A stretch of DNA of 64,000 nucleotides from the human T2T-CHM13v2.0 reference genome, Homo sapiens, in the NCBI RefSeq assembly GCF_009914755.1, contig NC_060925.1; one strand, given 5' to 3'. The translations under genes were made by a program, and so were the position numbers. Positions within the stretch are counted from its first letter, which is position 1. Each line of letters begins with the position of its first letter. The notes under the pieces are model-generated. The model worked only from the letters and a program-made list of their open reading frames with translations. It ran no database searches and was not told the DNA's origin. Positions 13,947 to 28,874 of the stretch are shown here, piece by piece.

Positions 13947-16900
13947 AATGTAGAGATTTTAACTAAGGGAAAGAAAAAGAAAACTTGAGGGAGGTGATGT
14001 AAATCACACCTTCAAGCAATTCACTAGTTGTCATCTAGAGGAAGTGCTTGTATTACTCTGCAGTGGCTTCAGGAAATAGAACTAGGATTAATAGCTGGAA
14101 GTTACAGAAAAGTGGATTAGGGAAGGGATTTCTAAGAGATGGAATGGTCTGCTGTCTACGGGTACCACATCTCAGATACTCAGGAGCTGCCAAATGCTGA
14201 ATACCCATTTGTCACTGAGCCTACAGAAAAGATTCTTGCAATGGGCTGGGGATTGGACCCAGGGAAATAGGGACCTCTAAGTTCCTTTCAATTCTGAAAC
14301 TGCAAAAATTTTATCATTCCCCAGATCTCCTGAAAGTACCTTGAAGATTTACATTTTATAATCAGAAAAGAGAAAGCTCTCCCAATAATCTTTTCTATCT
14401 CATGTTAGGAATATATTCTTGTTAGATATTAATATGCCTATTTCAGGTGAACAGTGTTGATAATAGGGACTTGTTTTTCTCCTTTGTAGTAACTGAGCCC
14501 ATGTCTATTGGGTAATTTGGCTGATGAAATAGATGAAAAACTTCTTTAATACCAAAATAAAATCTGCATGACTCAAAGAGGCAAAAAACTGATGATGAAC
14601 TTTTTTTCCCCCAGGAATAATAGAGCATTCTAGAGAATGTGCTTTAAATTTCCAACAACTGCCACAGCCTATTTTAGTAATGGCTTCTGCTGGTTGAAAT
14701 TACAGGTATAAGTGGTGTATTTAGGATTGCCCAATGTGTGTTCCTATTATTATTAGGTACTGGCCATTGACAAAAACAATGACAACAGCCATCAAAATAT
14801 GGTGCACAATGAAGAGGGCAGGAGATTTTGCCCAATCTGGGCTTGTGTACAGTATCAGCCAAAAACATACGAAAAATTTACCAAGGTGTCTGTAGATATA
14901 CACATAATATATCCATGCTTATAGATGGATGCAATTTAGATAAAGATGTCTAATGTATTGCTATTTTAAATTGTCTATTTTAGTGTCATTGCTTTCTGGG
15001 TACTAGCAAAAATTATGGAAAAGAAAAAATTACAACCACAGCTTGTCATCAGTATAAAAATGGCTTTCTTTTCTGAAAGAGGTTTCATAAAAGAATGCTA
15101 ATGAGTATATATGAAGCTACATGTGTCTTTAGACTAAGCAAGAGAAAAGGATTTTGAAAGAGATGACTTGTTGATGACCCAGGGCTGTCTAGTAAGTGGC
15201 CTCACAACTAGAAATAATTAACATACGACTCCACTTTTGGTGGAAATTAAATTTGGACACCATAATAAACCCAAACTTTACATCAACAACTTCCATTCAT
15301 CTTTTTCCTAGATACTTAAAACAAATTTATAAAAATAATGTGCAAATATTACCCTTTAGACCGTTGATGGAATTCTGCTTAACTCTTTTTCATTCTATTT
15401 GATGCTGTTTAATTCAATGACATAAATTGAGATTGAGAGTTGACCATCTGCAAGGTACTGTGCCAAATGTTGAAATGCTAAGATTACATTACATAGAAGA
15501 TATAAGTCCTATATCTCCTTGCTTTACTGAGCTACAATTTTGTACCATAATATGAGATTCACATCATTTTGAATAATAATTCAAGTTCAAATATCACCAA
15601 ATAAAATAAAAGTGATAATGCAACATAATGAGCTAATGGTCATATATAACATGATTTTAAAGTGAGACAGTGTGACATTTATTTTTCTGCTGTCAAGTCT
15701 TCCAGTAAACTTGGTTCAAAAATGTTCTAAAAAGTTTATTGGTGCTACAAGTCTTCTTCTTCCTTCATTTCTTCTATTTTGCCACCCAAGTTTTTGTTAT
15801 CATCTAATGTGCAGATGACTACAGTAGCTGCTGATGCTGCAAACACATCCTCCTATCTCTAGATTCTCCTAGCTTGCCCTCATCTGCTGTGTAGATGATG
15901 ATGGCCCACGTGTAGATCCAGAGCACAGGATATGTTCTTGATTACCTTCTTCTGTACTCTGCTTCTCTCACTGGAAACCTCCACAGTAGTCCCTGCCCGA
16001 ATTTGCCTTCTTCAGACCCTCTTTCTTGTGCCACCTTTGCTCTGTCTCTCTCTCTCCTGCAGGGCCCCACTGTTTAGCAGGCAGGTCTCTTGCTAGGCCT
16101 TAACTCTTCCTCTCCCTGCCTACTCTGCACTGTTTTAAGAGAAGCTATCATGATTTATATTAAGGAAGTTCGTGGAAAGCCAAATCTGTTCACTGAACAG
16201 TTAACTTGCATGAGCAGAATGAACCAACTCAGGTGCAACTGTTAGTAGTATCCCCAAAGTAGTAATTTGTGTTCATATCTGTCCTTTTGCAAAGTATAAG
16301 CTTCCTATGAGCAGAGGCTTTGTCTTATCTATCCATTCTCAGAACAAATTGCCTGGCCCACAGTAGGTTCCCAATAACTGTTTTGTTGTTGTTGTTGGAT
16401 ATAAGAATCTAGTAGTGCTTGAATACATGGGTGCTCTTGGTTTGTAAACTTATCATACAGAGCCCCCAGGATGGTCTCTGGCTGAAGCCTCATAGCTACT
16501 GGCATAAACCCAAGACTTCATATTCATTGGAACACAATACTTTGGGAAATGCTGTAGAAACTTCTGCCCCTGGCATATGTAGCAGCAGGGGTGACATTTC
16601 CCACTGTGGGGAGTGTCTACTCAGCAGCCCCACAGCATTCCTTAGGAACCCCCAGGGCTGTATCGGACACTCTGACAAAAACCCATGATACAATTCAGAG
16701 CTCACAGAACTTGAGCAGCAACTTAAGAACTAACGATGCTGCCAGGGGAAAATGAAGATATATTGTCTGAACTCAATTAGGCTACAAGGTCTGATACATT
16801 GCACACCAATCGATTTACATCATGCTGCAGGGAAACTAAAATTGTTTTCTCAGGCAAGTTATCATCACCGCCAGTTTCAATAAAATAAGATGGATAGCCA

Positions 16901-17045
16901 TATCTGCCAACTACAAAATGACAAATGAGATGGTTTCAGGTCCACAGCAGAAGAAAGACGAGAAAATAGTTCATCTTTGAGCAGACACATTTCATATGCT
17001 TGCTGGTAATATCTATGGTGGGGAAACTCAATGGCCAGTTTATAA

Positions 17046-17395
<350 letters not shown>

Positions 17396-18375
17396 ATAGT
17401 AGGAATTTTTAAGCGTAGTTTACCTATATTAGTGTATCTATAATCCCAAGCAACAGAATCCATAGCACTCAACCCTAAAATAATATGCACAAAGGCTTTC
17501 TTTAAGGTAAATTCACAGGGCAGAGATGTAAAATCAAAACCTTCCTTCTCGTAGGTTCCAAGTCTGCTTGTGTCCTGTGATGAGTGTTTTGTGAAGCAGA
17601 TAATCTGCCTCATTATGATGGGTGTTTGTGTCAGTTGAGGATCTGACTCACTCTATGGAGCTCTTACCATGCCTACAACTTCATTAATATATATATAATC
17701 TAGAAAACGAACTTTCTGAATACTCTAAGGCTTGTCTCTACTTTATTGTGGTAGAGATTGATATCAAGGGAAGTGAAAGTAAGGACAGCCAAGCTGTCTT
17801 TTTTAACCACAAAGAGTATCACATAACCTGACACTTAGTCAAAACTTACTACCTGTTGATGAATGAATGATTTAGAAACTAGAATAATGGTATATAAAAA
17901 CAATGATATCAATGTAGCAGATGCGTGGATCCCAGGCCACCAGGTCAATTTTCTCTGTTGGGATTATTTATGGGGAACAAATCCAATGGCAAGTTTATAT
18001 GTTTTCTTTTTATTTGTCCTAGGACCCTTTCCAAAATAGCCTATTTACACTAATGTGCATGTAGGTCCAATCAGTAAAGTCCAGAGTGTTCAGCCAGGAG
18101 GGACATGACTCAATCCCGAACAGAACCAAGGTCCATCCCAAACGTGCCAGGAATGGGCAGCTGAGGGACTGCCCAAGTAGATTTGACACTGTACTGCACT
18201 GCTCCTACCCTGGCTCCATAGCTGGGCTGGGGCTGTGATTCCCAGACGTGGCACCTGTATTATTCACAGGTTTACACTGTATGCAGAGGGGAGTTCCCAG
18301 ATTATAGTTTTATAGGTTATTAGAATATGGAGGGAAATCTCACACTAGATTTTACATTTAATAAAATCCAGGTAA

Positions 18376-18710
<335 letters not shown>

Positions 18711-18784
18711 ATCAAACCAAGTTAAAAATCATTTGACCAGGGACTAAAAAGTATCCTTCAAGTTTTCAACAGTGTCTTAAAAAA

Positions 18785-18880
18785 AACAATATGTTTCCTG
18801 GAAAGTAGCTACAGTTCTTCACTGACTGAAGACTAATTGGTGGTGGAGGTCTGTCATTAATGTGTAACACACTGGTTTTG
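18785..18880 (+). repeat. Donor copy of a ~96 bp non-TE inverted duplication
   Basis: Reverse complement of 20566-20663 with 2 substitutions and a 2 nt indel. Confidence 0.95.
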
Positions 18881-19436
18881 GAAATCAGGAATACAACATC
18901 TGATTCCCACCTTCCAGAATAAGTTATTTTTCCCTCTAGTGTATGCTCTTGCATGAAGGAAAAAATAAAGATACAAAAGAGATAAAAAGAGATAAATGGA
19001 TACCTCTTCCCTTGTAAATTTACATTCCATTTAACTAAGCAGTTCAATTTTTTATGAAAAGAAAATCAATATAGAACTTTGATTTTATTGTACTTTGACC
19101 TATAAAAGCAATGAATAATAAATAAGCAACAACCCAAACGTCCATTAATAGATGATCAGAAAAATTACAGGGCATATCCATTCAAAAGAATTTTGCATGG
19201 TTAATAAATAGCATCATGTAGAAAAATAGTCAATTATTTGGAAGACATTTACAATGCATTTTAAGTGAATAAAGAATGTTTCAAAAGAATATTTAAATAT
19301 AATTCAAATTCTTAAGTATTTATATTTATTTGTGCAAAATGCTAATTGGAGCTGTGTCTGGGTAGAGAGGGTCGTCTAGAGGTGAAGAAACTGAGGTTCA
19401 GCAGTTTAAATGATTTTTTCTTTTATTGTTATTATA

Positions 19437-19570
19437 ATTATTATTATTTTTGCAGAGACGGGGTCTTGCCATGTTGCCCAGGTGGTTCTCGAACTCTTGG
19501 CCTAGAGCCACGTTCCCGCCTCAGCCCCACAAAGTGCTGAGATTACAGGCATGAGCCACTGCACCCGGCC
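19437..19570 (-). mobile_element. FLAM monomer
   Basis: Monomer consensus; TSD TTAAATGATTTTTT. Confidence 0.85.
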
Positions 19571-19887
19571 TTAAATGATTTTTTAAAATTCACATGGCTA
19601 GAATATATAGGACTAGGTTTCAAACCTAAATAGAAACACATCAAATTCCTTGGCCCAGGCTCTTTTTACCATGTTACCACTTATATATAATCTGCATAAG
19701 GCTGTATTAACCAGTAATTCCACAGTGGGCTTAGATAAATCATTTAATTTTATTTAATCAAAATAACATTCTAAAGGAACTAAGTGTTGTATCTTCTTTG
19801 TTTTCTATTTCAAATAAGAGGATTTACATTTACATTTGCTCCTATCAACATTTAAACAATTGAGTTACAGAGTTAAAAACAGATTTC

Positions 19888-20211
<324 letters not shown>

Positions 20212-20565
20212 TCAACTGATTTCAGGGCCAACCCACTCCTGTTAAATTTCTCTCACAGAGTCTCCACAACTTCTGGTCATTCCTTGCAGTCCCCAGAGCA
20301 CAGTTAGGAGCTCAATCCACCAGCACAAATACACCAGGACAGAGAGAACGGGATAGCCAAGGAGGCATCATCTTTTTTCTATTGATTCTTTTAAAGTCTC
20401 TACAGATAATTGTCTTCATTAAGATAGAGTGAAAATATTTTCAAAAAGAGAGAAGATTAGGTGACTCCCTGGGTGTTCAACATCAATACTTTCTAATATT
20501 CATTTTTACTTTTCTACTTTTGTAGCCCAGAGCCAGGCTGATTTAATTTCCACTTCACACAAAGA

Positions 20566-20663
20566 CAAAACCAGTGTGTTACACATTAATGACAGACCTC
20601 CACAACCAATTAGTCTTCAGTCAGTGAAGAACTGTAGCTACTTTCCGGGAAACTGATATTGTT
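20566..20663 (-). repeat. Inserted inverted copy of 18785-18880, flanked by a 15 bp direct repeat
   Basis: TTCACACAAAGACAA at 20554-20568 and 20662-20676. Confidence 0.95.
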
Positions 20664-20737
20664 CACACAAAGACAAGACAGAAGGTGAGTCACACAGCTG
20701 GCACTTGATTATGAATCTTGATTGAAGGTGTGGCTGA

Positions 20738-21142
<405 letters not shown>

Positions 21143-22019
21143 TGATATTTTAATGGCTGAAAAAGTGGTGTCAGATTTGATGGTGGTGATGAAGAAAATA
21201 ATTTTCATAATTCTTAAAGCATATGAACCTTTTTGAAAGAGAATAAAGTCAACTTAATAACATTTAAAGGTATGAGAGGACATAGTAACCCTTGGAAGAC
21301 CAACCTTAAGAGACTTCTCTGATAGCAAGAAAAATAAAGAAATAAAAGAGTAAACAAGACATGAAAAGGAGCTTTCTTGAGACAACAAACCCCAATGCGG
21401 GCATTACACAAATGTGAGTTATTTTTCTCCTACCCATTTTGGGATTAATGAAAAGAATAAGAATAATCTATGAAGAGTAATGAATTTAAAGTAAAAGAAA
21501 AAGCTTGCTTCGAGTTCTAGCTCTAATGCTCAACAGCTGGAAGATATTGGTGAAGGTGCCCTCACCTCACTATTTCCCCATTTTTTTGTCTGTGAAAAAA
21601 GGTGATACCTGCCTGACTACCTCCCAGGATTGTTGTGCATGCAAACAATGACCAAAACAACAACAAAACACACAAAAAGGAGTCTATATTTTTTGGAAAA
21701 TTGAAAGTGCAATGCAATCCTCAGCTGTTTATTATAATTTTTCTCTAAAGTGCTAGTAAGTATTTATGAATCTGGGTAACTAACAAAAACTCCCCTGCAA
21801 AAGCTGGCTAGCAAAATATTTTTGTCTCTGGGGTGAAACAAAAACAACAATGCCATTTTTCTAACCTCGGTTATAAAAACCCTAGGCTGGAACATGTAAA
21901 TCAACTTACAAAAATAGGCACGCATTGGAAATGGACTCAGACTGGGGAGGTGGGTATCATCAGGTGGCAAGGTTTATTTATTTTTTGTCAGTTGGGAGAA
22001 TGTCAAAGAGCAGGGTGGA

Positions 22020-22265
22020 TCCGTGGAAATAGCACTGGGGAACAAAATACATTTGGAGTCAGTCCCAGCTCCTTCCCTAACTATGTGACTCTGGGCAAAT
22101 TATGCACCTCCTTTGACCCTTTAAATTTCTTACCTACAAAATGGGTAAAATAATGGCTATAATAATATCTACCTTACAGGGCCAGCATATGGATTAAATT
22201 AGATAATATTATAAAGCGCCCAGTGCAGAGCCTGGTACATGGCAGATATTCAATGAATGTGAGTT
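22020..22265 (+). mobile_element. MIR SINE
   Basis: ctatgtgactctgggcaaatt...cctggtacatggcagatattcaatgaatg MIR core. Confidence 0.7.
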
Positions 22266-22734
22266 TTTCCCCATTATTTTCCTAGACTACATATTTGTTT
22301 ACTATTTTCCCCTATTCCATTTCTTTCTTGGATACTGTTGACCTTGTAGCCTCCCTGTATGTACCAGAGCAACCTGTGTAGAGGATTCCTTTAAAATATT
22401 TACATAAATTCCATCTTTACTCCAGTAAGTCTATCTGATTATAATAAAATCACTCATTCTTTATCTTCCATTAAATTATTTTATTGATCCTATAAAGGTG
22501 TCTCATAAAATTTAGTATGTAAAGATCTAAGATGCTTGATACAGCTGCCGACCATTAAGTTATAAAATACGGAACACTAAACCAAGGGGAAATTCAGAGA
22601 ACCTTTTAATTTCCTTACTCCATTTCTTCAGAATAACACCCAAATAAAGGTATTAAATAAAAAAGATTGCATTTTATTTTCCTGGATGGAAAAGGATTAA
22701 CACTAAGCAACAGTGTCTGAAAGTTATTATTATG

Positions 22735-22790
22735 GTGTGTGTGTGTGTGTGTGTGTGTCTATGTTTGTGTGTGTGTGTGTGTGTGTGTGT
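22735..22790. repeat. Interrupted (GT)n microsatellite
   Basis: Read directly. Confidence 0.95.
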
Positions 22791-23044
22791 GGATGGTATT
22801 CAACTTCTTTTCCTTCAGTAATTCCAGTTGTTTTTTTTTTTTTCCACTTCTCTTTAAGAAGGTGGTTGCTCTTCTTGGTCTAGTGAAATCCTGCAAATTC
22901 AGTTAAATGTAACTTCTGGGATTTCTCAGATTACATATGGGCCCTCCCTCCTCACCCTAACACCCAGTAGAAATTGTTTATCTTTCCCTTGTACATCCTA
23001 ACATTTTGTCTATACCATTGGGTACCTTTGAGATCAAGCTCTAC

Positions 23045-23230
23045 CATGGATATCCAACCTTTTGGCTTCCCTAGGCCACATTGCAAGAAGAATTATCTTG
23101 GGCCACACATAAAATACACTAACACTAATGACGAATAATCTTAAAAAAAAGGTCTGTGCATAATTTTTATAACATCTACCACCACAGATAAGCAAAAATG
23201 TCCTTGCATTCAAAGGGTTGGACATGGCTG
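23045..23230. mobile_element. MER30-family hAT transposon
   Basis: tccaaccttttggcttccctaggccacattg...aaagggttggaca with terminal inverted repeats. Confidence 0.78.
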
Positions 23231-24125
23231 CAAGTCTATACTTTCTACATGGTCCCAAGACATAGCACATGGTTTAGAATAGAGGTGGCAATTGTGTGAA
23301 TTTTGATTGAAGGTGTGGATGATCAGTCCTCCCTTCCCCTTGTTTCCTGTTGGCCCTTTCTTAAAGTTTGCAGTGTGTGACCATATGGTACTATTTTAAG
23401 AGTTTGAGAAGTGGGTTAGATATGATGTTGGAAGAAGGACAACCATTTGACTTCCCCTTTCCATCTTCCCCAGGTTACATCACTATTTTAAATTATATCA
23501 CAGAAATTTCCATTGTAATTTCAAGAACAGTATATTCTGTCAGCATTACGTTTGAAAAGGATTAACTTGAAATGCTTCTTAAACAATACACAGAGTACCT
23601 CACATTATCTGATAGTCACTTTCTCCAGCAAAATCTTGGAGAATTGTTTGACATTGTCTTTATTGCCCCATGGTGACTTATGAGGCATGCTTCAGAAAAT
23701 TCTGTATTAAAGAACAGAGGTTCCAATAGTGCCAGCCAAAATTTCATAAAATTTATTTACAATGTGATTAATTCCTGGAGTCCATCATTCTCCATCCCTT
23801 TAATTCATGCAATCACATTGAATGTTCACAGTATATATTACTGTTCAAATTCTTTCAAATACTCTGTGTACCGTTGCAATGGTAATTCACAAGTAGAAAT
23901 GAGTAACATTCCCCACCACAAGGATCCTTGAAGGAAACTGAAAACAAAAGCCATTATCTTTGTTGAATCCAGTTTGCTCACATTTCAACACACATAACTC
24001 CACTGAACTGGCCATCACAGCAAAAGCCACAACACACACACACACAGCAGCATGGAGCTAAACCACACAACTCAACAGACAATGCAGACAAACTTGAGTA
24101 TAAACCAAGATTTTTCTACCTCTTT

Positions 24126-24200
24126 TCATAACAGGTTAGTGCTGGCCCTCAGTGTTGGTGTACAGTTTTTATGGCATGGGAAAATAGGGATGTTTCTGCC
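24126..24200 (-). CDS. RGS7: RGS7 cassette exon, coding part (GRNIPIFPCHKNCTPTLRASTNLL-stop); the exon extends to 24120
   Basis: ttatag|GGCAGAAAC...CTGTTA TGA AAAGAG|gtagaa; matches the alternative RGS7 C-terminus. Confidence 0.92.
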   Translation of the reverse strand, partial: GRNIPIFPCHKNCTPTLRASTNLL

Positions 24201-24933
24201 CTATAAAAATAAATGTGTTGAAGGCTTTAGTTTGAGCTTACACAATGTCAGAAAGTTCCAAAGGCACTGGCACAATACAAAAAAAAGAATCTTACAAACA
24301 AATATATATCATCAAAACACATGGCAAGATACTAAGAAAACACTGGTAGGAAAACTACTGGTTTCTCAGGTGATTTATGCAACAGTTTTCAACACCTTCC
24401 TGAAAAATAAGCAATAAGAAAGGCAGGCTAGTGGGTCTCTGGTGGGGCATATCTTGTCACCAACCACCACTCATATAAAATCTTTAATTTTAAACTGCTC
24501 AGTAGATCATTTTCTCTCTGCAGAAGTAAAACGCATAGAACCCTCATTGTTCTTAACATTTTAAGCCTCAGGAAGGGCTAAGGGAAAGAGCATAGAAATA
24601 CATGCACTATCTTTAATAAAGAAAGGAATACAAGGAATAAAAATAAAATATAAAGAATAATTATTATTCCTTCCTTTTATATGTTGTAATATAAACTTCT
24701 TTCCAAACTTTAATTCTGTACAGATAACTTGTTCATATATAACATCTTTTTCTACTTTGGAAAGGGATGGGACAGAAAGATAAGCAGAAAACATGAAGTT
24801 CTGAATTTGAATAAAAGAAACACTTTTGCTGTTATATCAAGAATGCAAGGTGGGTAACAGGGCTAGAAATAGGGAAATTGGAAAAATTTCATTGGACTTA
24901 ATGATTCATAATTCCTCAAAAAATTAAACTTAC

Positions 24934-24987
24934 CACATTCTGTGCAAATTTTTCAAAAGATGTTCTGCGATCCATTGAGTTTCCAGA
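24934..24987 (-). CDS. RGS7: RGS7 cassette exon (54 nt; SGNSMDRRTSFEKFAQNV)
   Basis: cgtaag|TCTGGAAAC...AATGTG|gtaagt; phase 0/0; matches the C-terminal insert of long RGS7 isoforms. Confidence 0.93.
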
Positions 24988-25387
24988 CTTACGTATGTGG
25001 GGTAGGATAGGATGAAGGGAAATAAGGGAAGATTAAAAAAAAGAAAGAAAGCAAGGAAAACAGAGCAGAAAAAGACAGGATAATGAAATGATGCAACACC
25101 AAATCCATGTTCTAAATCAGAAGGCCCATAGAGGTTGGAGAGCCGCCAAGGGAGGCTTCTTCTCACAGGACATGGGCTCTGCTTACACCAAAAACTTTCC
25201 TTGTACAAACAAAATGGTGTGATTCAAGCAAAATCAAATTCAGCCAAAATAAAGTGGATATGTGAAGCCTTTATACTGACATTTGCAGAGCCTAAATATT
25301 TAAAAATCTAGCAGCATATCCTCAGAATTTCCTCAAAACTTTTATGAGAAAAAATTCCTATTGACAACATCATTAATTCCATAGAGC

Positions 25388-25563
25388 ATTAATGTCTAAT
25401 AGAACTTTCCAAAAGGATGGAAATCTCATTCTATGCTGTCCAATACAGAAGCCCCTAGCTGTGGTTACTGAGCACTTGAAATTTGGCTAGAATGTTATAT
25501 AATTTTAATTAACTAATATTTAAACAGTCCCACGTGGCTAGTGACTGCTGTACTGGATAGTGT
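25388..25563. mobile_element. MER3-like hAT transposon
   Basis: aatagaactttc...tgctgtccaatac...gagcacttgaaat...cacgtggctagtg...ctggatag. Confidence 0.72.
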
Positions 25564-26382
25564 TACTACAAAGTATCCATTTCTAGTTGTAAAGGCAATG
25601 GACTTTTAAAAATCTTATTAGCCTACATGACGATCATGAACTACACAAAATTATAATTTAAACTCAGAGTTTCAAGAAGCTATGAACTATTTTAACATTA
25701 AAAAGAATGAATGACGTTGATGTTTATGTCCAGATTTTCTCTTCCCTGTTATATTGATTACATAAGGAGTTATGAACAGAGAGACATTGATTATTAACAT
25801 TGTTGAATAATGAGGTCTACTACAATACCCCCATAATGTGCTTGGCTACCATGCTAGGTGTATAAAATTCATCACAGGGATATTAAGTGATTCAGGATAA
25901 ATGCCAAATAAAAATATTCGGAAGCAAACATTCCGACATTTTGTCATCTATTATTGAAAAAGGTGAGTCTACTTTCAGTTATGAGGCCTGTGGTTCAAAA
26001 CATACATTCTAGCTTACTAAACAAAGAAACCTCTCTTCAAGTTTTTGACCTAATGACTTTGTTACTTTCTTTTCTTTATTGTAATTTTGATTCCATGAAA
26101 CTAGGCATACAGAAGACTAACATGAAACATGAAAACAGCTTCTAATAAATTTTGCAAAGCATGAACATCTGCAGAAACAAACAAACAGAAAGTAATACAA
26201 TAAGCAATAAACAAACAGAAACAACTTAAATGGCCCTTATAAAATGCAAAGGTTTGGGGGAGGGTCTTGGAGTATGTTCACTTACCATTAGTCCAATACC
26301 CTGGATTCAGCAGAGGTAATTACTCCAAATAATTATAACTGAGAACTAGGCCAAGAAAAAACAACTCACAAAAAACCAGTAC

Positions 26383-26472
26383 CTTTTTCTTTGCCTGTAG
26401 AAGCTCCTGATAGGCACTGGATCTTATAAAACGTGGGTATGAATCACTTTTCATCAGTTTGTAAATGTGCTC
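26383..26472 (-). CDS. RGS7: RGS7 coding exon (90 nt; [33 protein letters not shown] domain end)
   Basis: ttttag|GAGCACATT...AAAAAG|gtactg; phase 0/0; DSYPRF motif. Confidence 0.97.
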
Positions 26473-27529
26473 CTAAAAAGAAATAATGGTTGAGGTGCTT
26501 CTTTATGATTTCTTGGGAAAAGTAAAATATCATGATGTCACACATGGCTAAAGAACAAATCTAGTAGCAGCGAAAAATAGTAATAACAATGCTGATTAGA
26601 ATACCTTCTATTTACAGGATATTTAGATCTTCAAATTCATTATCTCATTCATAGATCATTGTTTAAATTGGTTTAGGAGCTACTGAGGAGGCAAATCACA
26701 TCCAGTCATTACAAAAATGGAATTTGATTAATAAAATGTCATAAAATTACCTCAAATCAAGTTGTTGACTTATATAGATCACTAGAGAATATAACTAAAT
26801 TTGCTGTCTCTTAAAACTACTCCAGGCCTGAAGTGGGTAATGTTGACTCAGACTGAGTAATCATCCTGGATACCTTTGGCCTCTACATTTACTGGGAGGG
26901 TGCCAACTACCCAGAAGAATCAAATCATCTCTTTGGTACAAATTGCATGGAAAATTGTCTTCCATACCCACTTTGGGTCAGAGCACAAGTCCAAAAATAA
27001 ATTTTGTGATATTTAATTGCTAAATCTCCAAATTTGTGTGCTCTTTCTTATTACTTACCCAGTGACAGATTAGGTAAATAGTTGATCATTTGCCCCTAAG
27101 AAGTTTGCAATATTCTGTTTTGATGATGAATTTTGATAGACAAGTCAAAAAAAAAAAAGGAAAAAGGTACTCATTCAATTCAATCTAGACCCAATCTAGG
27201 GAGGTTCCACTCTGGTCTACCGCAGCTCAGGGAGCTAACATGTGCCTTGATCTTCCAACTCTAGTGAAATATCAGTTAGGTGTAGAGCTTGGAACTATTG
27301 GAGAGCATTCTGAATGTTCCAATTTTCTTTTCTTTCTTTTTTTTTTTCTTGAAGAAAATAGATGTTTCAAGAAATGACTCCAGTTCTCTGGTCTTAAACA
27401 CAACAGCAATAATTTGAAGTTACTTTAAATTCATTTAAAGACATTCAGGATTAAATCTCAAGACTTAGCCCAATGGTGATCTTCAAAGGATGTTAAGTTT
27501 GGAACTGTATGGGAATTTGTTTGAAAAGT

Positions 27530-27905
27530 AGAGCAATGGCTGGTTTTGGAGTTAAGCATTTTGAGATTCAGATTCTACCTTGCTCAAGAACTACCACTTA
27601 CAAATAGGATAAATATAGGCCAACTTTTTCATCTCTCTGATCCTTAATTTTCTCATCTATAAAATAGCATTGTTGTGATGATTAAAGGAATAATAAATGT
27701 GTAGCAAAGCATGGGGTGTGGATAGTAAGTGCTCAAATATACTTGGGTATATGGCAGGTACTCTTTTAAGTGCTTTCCTGTATTAGTTAATATAAGCCTT
27801 ACAAAACCCCTATGGGGTTGGTAACCATTATGTCCATTTTACAGGTGAAGAAACTGAGGCGTGGAGAAGTGGTCACAGAGCAGAGCTGAAATCAGAACCC
27901 AGGCA
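27530..27905. mobile_element. Two MIR fragments in opposite orientation
   Basis: ttttctcatctataaaat (+) and ccattttacaggtgaagaaactgaggc (-) MIR cores. Confidence 0.6.
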
Positions 27906-28558
27906 ATTTACCTTACGATCAGATTTTTTTTAAAAACCACAAAAAAAACTAGAATTAAATATCTGAGCTTAACTGAAAAAGAAATCTAGGGCCAAGTGGT
28001 ATTGTTTTCTATAGAATTTTTTTTTCTGTAAGAAAAGAGGATCCTCTTAGGCAAGAATATTTTTAAATGACACCGATAACTAAAAAAAATTCTATTTTAA
28101 ACCTCAGGAAGGGCATTCCAAACATTTTCCACATTGTTGGCTCTAGAAAGATGCTCGGCATTTTATCTTGGACTGAAAGAAAGAAAAATCAGCAGAGAAG
28201 TGAGCAGCAGGGCCAGAGTTTCCGGCCTGCTCTCTGTCCTGTGTCTCTCTAGAGTGTAATTATTTCTACATTGGAGACCATGGCTGAACCACATGGGATA
28301 GGTATCCAGTTAGCTGTTAAAATTCATGTTAGTTTACTACACAGTTGCTGATTTCTTTAAATGAAAGCCAAGGAGAAATATATTTTCTATAGAGAGTGGA
28401 AATAAGGAAGGATATTCGTGTATCTCATTCTTCATCTTCTATATTTTATTTTAGTAATGTGTGTTTTTTAAAAGGTACTTTTTAGAATTAATATTCTTCT
28501 CCAAAAGAAGTTGAAGAAGTTATGAAGTATGCACGTTCTGATTTAAAAACCAACTTCA

Positions 28559-28874
<316 letters not shown>

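Noticed and set aside
17890-18330. Possible old LTR fragment
   Set aside because: The composition suggests a decayed repeat, but I could not assign a family or boundaries
24052-24417. 121 aa + strand ORF overlapping the last cassette exon
   Set aside because: Antisense and AT-rich, with no homology I recognise and no promoter evidence
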